Shown here one piece after another: positions 57,770 to 64,000 of a DNA stretch of 64,000 bases. Every line of letters starts with the position of its first letter. Position 1 is the stretch's first letter. A program made the translations under genes and the position numbers. Below the pieces are notes generated by a model. It did no database searches, was not told the DNA's origin, and worked only from the letters and a program-made list of their open reading frames with translations. Origin of the DNA: Methanobacteriota archaeon (GTDB lineage: Archaea > Thermoplasmatota > Poseidoniia > Poseidoniales > Thalassarchaeaceae); NCBI GenBank assembly GCA_016845345.1, contig JAERSV010000029.1, positions 24,917-88,916 of the forward strand, given 5' to 3'.

Positions 57770-59179
57770 TCAACTCCTTGTGAGTCGTTTTTCAACATTT
57801 TCAATGTCTTCCACTTTAGCGAAAAGCATCAAGCGATCACCCTCCATTAGGATTTGGTCACTTGAAGCCCTGAGGATGCTTTCAGTTCCAGATGACTTAG
57901 AAGTGCGATGAATAAATGCTACACGACATAACTTGTTTTCGAGCACCTTGACTTTATTGCCAATCATTCTGTGCCCAGGCCCAAGAATAGCAGACATGCC
58001 AACAATATCAGGAATAGTTGACAAAAGATGATAATTTCCTTCTATCTTACTATGAACATGGCGTAGAATATAGTTGATTGACACTCTTCTACGGCTAACT
58101 GCAAAAGAATGGCCAATTCTTCTAGCGATTTGCGCCATTTGGCTGTCATCTAGTACCATCCCTACAATTGAAACACCTAATTCAGTTGCGTGAAGCGCGA
58201 CTGCCATGTTAGCGTGGTCATCAGATAAAGCAGAGATTGCAATGTGATGTTCGTCAACATCTAATTCTTGAAGCAAACCTGCATCCAAAGGATTACCGTG
58301 AATAGAATCCAACAAGTCTGTGTTGGCAAAGTCACTACCTGCCAACTCGTTGGCTTGTTCTAAATTCTCACTGATAACAGTGACCCTGCAACCATCCTCC
58401 AAGTACGATTTTGCTATTTGCCGTCCCAATCTAGTTGCACCGAATATCATTACTCTTGGGTGGTCAGGATAATCCGGAGGTTGGTGCCCAGTTGCCAGAA
58501 GAATTCTCCTGAAAGTGTGTTTTCCTATTGTCGCGAAAGCAACTAGTGAATTAGAAACTATAACTGAGTCTGAATTAGGAATATGGCTCTTCTTCCCAGG
58601 CTCTTTTATCCCAAATATTCTTGGCAAGCCATCAACATTATCTCGAGCCTCCTGAATAGTAGACCCAATCAATCTCTCAGCAGATGGTAGAACCTCTCCA
58701 ACAGATATCCAAGCATCGTGACCAAGAGGAAGCACCTCAACCATTGAAGCACCTTGTAGTCCCACTTTTAGGTCTTCAATCACAAGTAAGTCAGAACAAA
58801 CAGCGTATTGAACTCCACTCCATCGCGTCAAATCCCCACTTTCCTCATCGGAAATCAAACTTGCATCATGGATTCGAGCAATCGTCATTAGTTCTGATTT
58901 CCCAGCCTGCTGAGCAATATCTCGCGCTAGTGCGCAAGAAATCATGTTAATTTCATCACGTTGAGTTGCGGCAATGTAGACTTCAGCATTTTGCACCTTT
59001 GCTTCAATCAAATCCTCTCTGAGCGTCGCGTCGCCTTGTACGACTAAGACGTCCAAGGCTTGAGCCTCTTTGATAGAAACAGGATCGGTGTCAATCAGAA
59101 CTACGTCCCGACCTTCACTACGTAAAGCCTTAGCAACCCCACGACCGACTTCGCCGGCCCCCCCGATAACTATCCTCAT
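57770..59179 (-). CDS. trkA: Trk potassium uptake NAD-binding subunit
   Basis: Two RCK domains (IVIGGAGEVG; MIFGATRLG); directly upstream of trkH. Confidence 0.9.
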   Translation of the reverse strand: MRIVIGGAGEVGRGVAKALRSEGRDVVLIDTDPVSIKEAQALDVLVVQGDATLREDLIEAKVQNAEVYIAATQRDEINMISCALARDIAQQAGKSELMTIARIHDASLISDEESGDLTRWSGVQYAVCSDLLVIEDLKVGLQGASMVEVLPLGHDAWISVGEVLPSAERLIGSTIQEARDNVDGLPRIFGIKEPGKKSHIPNSDSVIVSNSLVAFATIGKHTFRRILLATGHQPPDYPDHPRVMIFGATRLGRQIAKSYLEDGCRVTVISENLEQANELAGSDFANTDLLDSIHGNPLDAGLLQELDVDEHHIAISALSDDHANMAVALHATELGVSIVGMVLDDSQMAQIARRIGHSFAVSRRRVSINYILRHVHSKIEGNYHLLSTIPDIVGMSAILGPGHRMIGNKVKVLENKLCRVAFIHRTSKSSGTESILRASSDQILMEGDRLMLFAKVEDIENVEKRLTRS

Positions 59180-59228
59180 GGAAGCACCCTTCGGCAATCA
59201 ATCGGGCGAGCATCTCTCATTTGATTGT

Positions 59229-60791
59229 TCACTCTCCTGTTACATATGGTACTTTAAAAGTGCCACCAAGGTGATTAGGGCCAATAATTGTGTCCCAATT
59301 CTCCACCCAATCATACTGATATGCGTTTATGGACATCACTTTATAGAATTCATCAGGTGCTGTTCCTTCTGGACTATAAGGTTCTAAAAATTCGGAAAAT
59401 GCAGTGGGTGTATGCAATAACCACTTATTGTTTACAACGTCGACTGATCCTTCCAAGTAGCAACTGTCTAAATCTATGCCGTTTTCATCACACCATTCAC
59501 TGCTGTATGGAATTAATACAACTGACCAAGCATGTGCTTCCCAAATTTCATGATTTAATGATGTCAAGGCGCCGAACTCATACCAAGTAGGGATGTTTTT
59601 TACCCTTAGAATGCTCATCCACGCATTTGCCTGTTCATCACAATCACCAATCTCTTGTGCTAAACAAGTCGGACCACTCCTCGGTGGATATGGTGAACCC
59701 GGTCCATAAACGACATTGTCTCTAACATAGATGAATGCCGCATGAGCAAAGGCGTATGTGTTGTATTGTTGGTTTACTGGAAGACTTGCCTGAATGTTAT
59801 CTGCTGCAGCCCTTACGAGGTGATGGTCGCCATCAATTGCCCAATTCTCAATTGAGCCACCTACATTTCTATCATACCATTGGTGTTCTTCTCCAATCAA
59901 AGAGGTTGTAGCCCCAACCCATCCTGACCTAGTTAAATCGCTAAACGTACCTGAATTTGAGACATCCATTCCTTGGGAGGTACCTGTAATAGGGTTTGAG
60001 ATAGTATCCCCACTATTCCATGCATAAGAAAAAGATTCAATCTCGTATGTAATCGTCAGAATTGCTATTGATGTTGCAGGGATATCTCCTTTCCAAATTA
60101 AACAACGGGTGTATTTACACCGATCACCATTAGGCCCTAAGGTAGGCCAATGAACAGAAGAGAAACCATCTCCCAAAGCAATAGCAGATGATTCTTCCAA
60201 AAATTCAACAGTTACAACTGGAACGTCTATATGAGAAAAACTAGAACCGACCTTCATTGATTTCACCAATTGCAGATTAGCCGCCATATCCAAATTTCCA
60301 TTGTGGGAAAATGTAGTATCTTCGATACCTCGGTTGGTTCGTTGAATTGGAATCGGTAAACGATACAAAAATTGCCTCTCACCAGAGTCAAAATTTTCAA
60401 TCTCAACCGTTCTCTGAAGAGTATATTCTGTGTTTACTGGGTATTCATGAGCTGGCCCAATGGATTTCCAAAAATCGCCCAACCAAACACTCAATTGTTT
60501 ATTCACATGCTCTTGAGCGGGTGTAAATAAGAAAACAAATGCTATGATAATCACTAATACAAGATTCTTGAACTGTTTACCCGTTTTTTTCTTCTTACGT
60601 TTCAAACGGGCTTGCTGAGCCCTACCCTTTGGACTCATCCCGTACTGTACTCTACTACCCTTTTGCTGTGGAACGCCAGAGGGAGTTACTCGTCCACCCA
60701 TTCCAGATGTTCCACTGATGACTCTCCCGCATCCATGGCATATCGGATTCCTCAAACTAGCAGGAGCCATGCAATATGGACAACGGGGCAT
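59229..60791 (-). CDS. Membrane-anchored transglutaminase-like protein with N-terminal Zn ribbon
   Basis: CPYC...CHGC, basic linker, TM helix, then GDCDEQA, HAW and VDVV (Cys-His-Asp triad pattern). Confidence 0.75.
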   Translation of the reverse strand: MPRCPYCMAPASLRNPICHGCGRVISGTSGMGGRVTPSGVPQQKGSRVQYGMSPKGRAQQARLKRKKKKTGKQFKNLVLVIIIAFVFLFTPAQEHVNKQLSVWLGDFWKSIGPAHEYPVNTEYTLQRTVEIENFDSGERQFLYRLPIPIQRTNRGIEDTTFSHNGNLDMAANLQLVKSMKVGSSFSHIDVPVVTVEFLEESSAIALGDGFSSVHWPTLGPNGDRCKYTRCLIWKGDIPATSIAILTITYEIESFSYAWNSGDTISNPITGTSQGMDVSNSGTFSDLTRSGWVGATTSLIGEEHQWYDRNVGGSIENWAIDGDHHLVRAAADNIQASLPVNQQYNTYAFAHAAFIYVRDNVVYGPGSPYPPRSGPTCLAQEIGDCDEQANAWMSILRVKNIPTWYEFGALTSLNHEIWEAHAWSVVLIPYSSEWCDENGIDLDSCYLEGSVDVVNNKWLLHTPTAFSEFLEPYSPEGTAPDEFYKVMSINAYQYDWVENWDTIIGPNHLGGTFKVPYVTGE

Positions 60792-60862
60792 TAACTTTCT
60801 GTGGCACACTAAGCCCCATAACAATTCTCCAGTAACTCTGTGAAATGTGAACGATTGCAGTC

Positions 60863-61660
60863 TTATTCTTCAGACTCGTTTACTATATCCCCGTGCTGCC
60901 TTTCAGCCTTCAGGCGTGCTCTTTCAGAAGATTTTCGAACCGTACGATAATACTCTTGTCGAATAGAAGGGATTAATGCCGAGGGTAACCACTTTTCCTC
61001 AGCGATGGTGAAACCATAAATCGCGACAACTGGCAACACTAGCAATAAAATTGGTTGAGCAGTGATTCCAACGAGTACTGCAATGAGAACGAATCCGCGA
61101 TAAAGACCTGACTGCCACATCACAGTGAGGGGCTTTTTGTCAACTACCGCAGCACCTTGCCAAGAGCCAAGTGCTGCTTCAATTGCTGGTAATGTCATAG
61201 TTATCCAGACTCCAGTCAAAACCATTGGCCAGTTGAACCCGGATACAAAGCCAATCCAATTCGGGTCTGCCATCCGAATCATCAGATATGAGGCTTGTAA
61301 CGCACCCATCCCAAGCCCCATTGTCCATCCAGATGTAGGAGATGCGAGTAAAAGCCTCACTTTTTCTCTAGATAGTAAATAATGAAAAATTAGTGATTGG
61401 GCAAGCCCGACAAATATCATCAAACCTAGTGTTTCAATCAATACTGCACCGGTTTGTGCTACGAGACTGATAAAAAGCCCATCAATCAAGATTCCACTAA
61501 ATGCCCCAAGTACAATTCCAAATGCAAGATGCTTCGTTGCATTTGGCATATCATAGAATCCAGCCATATTCTGCATCCCACCCCTCCAACCGACGTAAAC
61601 GCCGAGTGTTCCAAGAGCAATGAGAATCTGAACCTGATACTGAGGCAGGTCTAATGCCAT
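60863..61660 (-). CDS. Hypothetical multi-pass membrane protein
   Basis: About 7 TM helices; G.GMGALQA is faintly reminiscent of YhfC/PrsW-like folds. Confidence 0.65.
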   Translation of the reverse strand: MALDLPQYQVQILIALGTLGVYVGWRGGMQNMAGFYDMPNATKHLAFGIVLGAFSGILIDGLFISLVAQTGAVLIETLGLMIFVGLAQSLIFHYLLSREKVRLLLASPTSGWTMGLGMGALQASYLMIRMADPNWIGFVSGFNWPMVLTGVWITMTLPAIEAALGSWQGAAVVDKKPLTVMWQSGLYRGFVLIAVLVGITAQPILLLVLPVVAIYGFTIAEEKWLPSALIPSIRQEYYRTVRKSSERARLKAERQHGDIVNESEE

Positions 61661-61761
61661 AGTAGGGGCGAGATGATGTCTCTTGATGTATTCACCGCTT
61701 CCTCAATTAGTAGTCCGGCGCATTCAAACGGGATGGGTGTGACGGCGGCATAGGTGGATGC

Positions 61762-63117
61762 ATGGCGCTTGAAGGACTGAAGGCTGGAATCTTTGGTGCT
61801 ATTTCTGCCCTAAAGGGCAAACGCAAGTTAGATGAAGCCGAACTTGCAGAAATGATCAAAAGTATTAGGGTGGCTTTACTTGAAGCAGATTTCAATGTTA
61901 GGCAAACTAAGGAAATATCAGAGAGACTTGAATCACGAATGAGAGAGGAAGAACCTCGCCCAGGAGTGGTGCTACAAACTCACGCATTGAATATCATTTA
62001 CACCGAATTAGTTCGTATGCTGGGGACACCTCGAGAAATTATCCCACATAACCAGACTATCCTCATGGTCGGACTTTATGGACAAGGAAAGACCACTACC
62101 ACAGCAAAATTAGCAGAATGGTGGCGAAAAAAACACAACATGAAAATTGCAGTCATTGAAGCTGATGTACACCGGCCAGGTGCTTATGCGCAATTACAAC
62201 AACTTCTTGCAGATTCTCCTGTGGAAGTTTATGGTGAACCCGAAGAAACAGATGCACTGACGATCGTGAAAAACGGATTGGCAGAAGTTGGTGGTGCTGA
62301 CTTAGTAATCATTGACACTGCTGGGCGAGATAGATTAGACGAGGGATTACAAGATGAATTGGATGCAATTCATAGAGTTGCAAAAGCCACAGAACGCTTT
62401 CTGGTAATTGACGCACAGGTCGGCCAAGCAGCAGGACCTGTCGCAGCATCATTCCATGACCTAGTGGGTGTAACAGGAGTTATTGTAACCAAATTAGATG
62501 GTACCGCTCGAGGTGGTGGCGCCCTTTCAGCAGTCGCAACTACTGGCGCCCCCATTGTCTTTATTGGAGAAGGAGAAAAAGTTTCAGATCTAGAAAAATT
62601 CGAATCTGATAGATTCATTTCAAGACTTCTCGGTATGGGAGACATTAGAGGTTTAATCGACCTTGCACCTGAGGATTTGGATGCTGAGGAAGCGGCAAGA
62701 ATTGCAGAGAGACTAATGTCGGGAAGATTCACTCTCAATGATATGTACAAACAAATGGAAATGATGTCAAAAATTGGGACTGTTGACAAAATCATGTCAC
62801 ATATGCCGATGGGCTTCATGGGGATGGGGAACATGTCAAAAAAGCAAAAACTTGAGATGCAAACCAATCTTGAGAAATTCAAGATTATCATGGACAGTAT
62901 GACCTCTCATGAAAAGAACGAACCATTAGTTCTCAAACAAGAGAGAATAAAGCGAATTGCACTCGGTTCAGGAACTACTGAAAGGGACGTTAGAGATTTG
63001 CTGGCACAGTGGAAGCGCTCTCGTAAGATGATGAAGGGCGTCAGAGGAAACCGTCGACTTCGAAAGCAAATGAAAGACATGATGGGCGACATCGACGATG
63101 TCGATATGCCAATGTGA
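61762..63117 (+). CDS. srp54: Signal recognition particle protein SRP54
   Basis: ALLEADFN, GLYGQGKTTT, DTAGR, TKLDGTARGGGALS, Met-rich M domain. Confidence 0.96.
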   Translation: MALEGLKAGIFGAISALKGKRKLDEAELAEMIKSIRVALLEADFNVRQTKEISERLESRMREEEPRPGVVLQTHALNIIYTELVRMLGTPREIIPHNQTILMVGLYGQGKTTTTAKLAEWWRKKHNMKIAVIEADVHRPGAYAQLQQLLADSPVEVYGEPEETDALTIVKNGLAEVGGADLVIIDTAGRDRLDEGLQDELDAIHRVAKATERFLVIDAQVGQAAGPVAASFHDLVGVTGVIVTKLDGTARGGGALSAVATTGAPIVFIGEGEKVSDLEKFESDRFISRLLGMGDIRGLIDLAPEDLDAEEAARIAERLMSGRFTLNDMYKQMEMMSKIGTVDKIMSHMPMGFMGMGNMSKKQKLEMQTNLEKFKIIMDSMTSHEKNEPLVLKQERIKRIALGSGTTERDVRDLLAQWKRSRKMMKGVRGNRRLRKQMKDMMGDIDDVDMPM

Positions 63118-63127
63118 AGGTGAACAT

Positions 63128-63742
63128 TTGCAAGAGAGAAGGTTCGCCATTGTTGGCCATCGTGCCATCAGCAATGGGAAATTGAATCTAAACGATTTAG
63201 CCGGAAGTGGCGGCAGAATGGATGTTTTAGTCCGTGCTGTTAATTCTGCATTATTCTTATCTCATGGAATCAGAGAAAAAACACACATCACAATACACAT
63301 GATGGGTGGGGAAGGGCCGCCAAGACGAATTTGGTTTGATGGTGCTAAGGTTTGGGGGCTTCATCCAGACGAAAGAGCAATTGCCGGACAGATTGGAAAA
63401 ATTATGGTCGAACCTACGCCGGCTCGGGGCAACTGGATAGAACACCAACCAGGGATTTGGCACTCGGGTGGAGACCTCTCCGTGACTCTAAATGAATGGG
63501 AAAAAGAGGATGTTCAGATAGTAAAATTAGATGCAGATGGCGTACCATTTTCTGAACAATTTAACAAATCAATAGATAATAAAATTGGCTTCATTTTATC
63601 AGACGACAAACCATTCACAGATGAAGAAAACAATCTCCTTGAGCAAAAAAGCAAATCACTTTCACTGGGGAAAAATTGGATACAAGGACACACCGCAATT
63701 GGTATCGTCCATCATTTACTTGACACGATTATTGACCAATAA
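63128..63742 (+). CDS. trmY: tRNA (pseudouridine54-N1)-methyltransferase
   Basis: LNDLAGSGGRMDVLVR, LFLSHGIR, PDER, FILSD, SLG; probable TTG start after an AGGTGA SD. Confidence 0.88.
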   Translation: MQERRFAIVGHRAISNGKLNLNDLAGSGGRMDVLVRAVNSALFLSHGIREKTHITIHMMGGEGPPRRIWFDGAKVWGLHPDERAIAGQIGKIMVEPTPARGNWIEHQPGIWHSGGDLSVTLNEWEKEDVQIVKLDADGVPFSEQFNKSIDNKIGFILSDDKPFTDEENNLLEQKSKSLSLGKNWIQGHTAIGIVHHLLDTIIDQ

Positions 63743-64000
63743 CAAGCCAAGAAGGTAATCCTTCACCCGAATGAGTTGTTGTCAATAATTCATCTGAAAT
63801 CGCTAAGGGGTGGCCTTGAGGCCACGTTCCAAGCGTGGAAACACTTGCAAATCCCAAATGTACTCGATTTGAATCGCCATTTTCAATGGGCTCATCCTCA
63901 ATGCTTGCGGCACCTAATTGAATATTCCATTCATCTCTATCAACAGAATTGTCACCTACAATTTCTATCGCTCCACGATACCATCTGCCTCCTAAATGAG
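63729..64000 (-). CDS. 3' end of an unidentified CDS entering from beyond the window
   Basis: Open frame ...HLGGRWYRGAIEIVGDN...GEGLPSWLVIGQ* ending at 63729, convergent with trmY. Confidence 0.5.
   Translation of the reverse strand, partial: HLGGRWYRGAIEIVGDNSVDRDEWNIQLGAASIEDEPIENGDSNRVHLGFASVSTLGTWPQGHPLAISDELLTTTHSGEGLPSWLVIGQ

Noticed and set aside
1..64000. tRNA, rRNA, SRP RNA, CRISPR arrays, IS elements, integrases, defence systems
   Set aside because: Intergenic gaps are short, and by eye I found no cloverleaf, repeat-spacer array, terminal inverted repeat or recombinase motif. A tRNAscan/Infernal run would be needed to exclude small RNAs formally.

Overview
This is a gene-dense, AT-rich archaeal core-genome window. 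Gene content and protein style point to Marine Group II Euryarchaeota (Ca. Poseidoniales, Thermoplasmatota); that assignment is inference. I read about 60 CDS and found no rRNA, tRNA, CRISPR or mobile element. Housekeeping genes include priS, proS, glyS, coaBC, purB, tiaS, trmY, kptA, dph6, srp54, rfcL, trkAH, a split transketolase, rps12-rps7-EF2 and the proteasome/exosome superoperon. Metabolic genes include futalosine menaquinone genes (mqnA, mqnD, mqnE), isoprenoid genes (IPK, an IDI1-GGPPS fusion, a UbiD decarboxylase) and gmhA/gmhB next to an archaeosortase. There is also a 1764-aa Lhr helicase. The most notable observations are: (1) a stand-alone 163-aa half-size homologue of eukaryotic deoxyhypusine hydroxylase, with the SxDPAPP linker and two His-Glu iron-ligand motifs, an enzyme generally considered absent from archaea; (2) a MamK-like actin with a candidate partner gene; (3) a delta-9 acyl-CoA desaturase inserted between rps7 and EF-2; (4) a eukaryote-like type 1 IPP isomerase fused to GGPP synthase; (5) an exact 14-bp element shared by the rps12 and EF-2 upstream regions. 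Family calls come from motifs and remembered family sequences, not database searches. Several starts were moved from the ORF track to more plausible codons.
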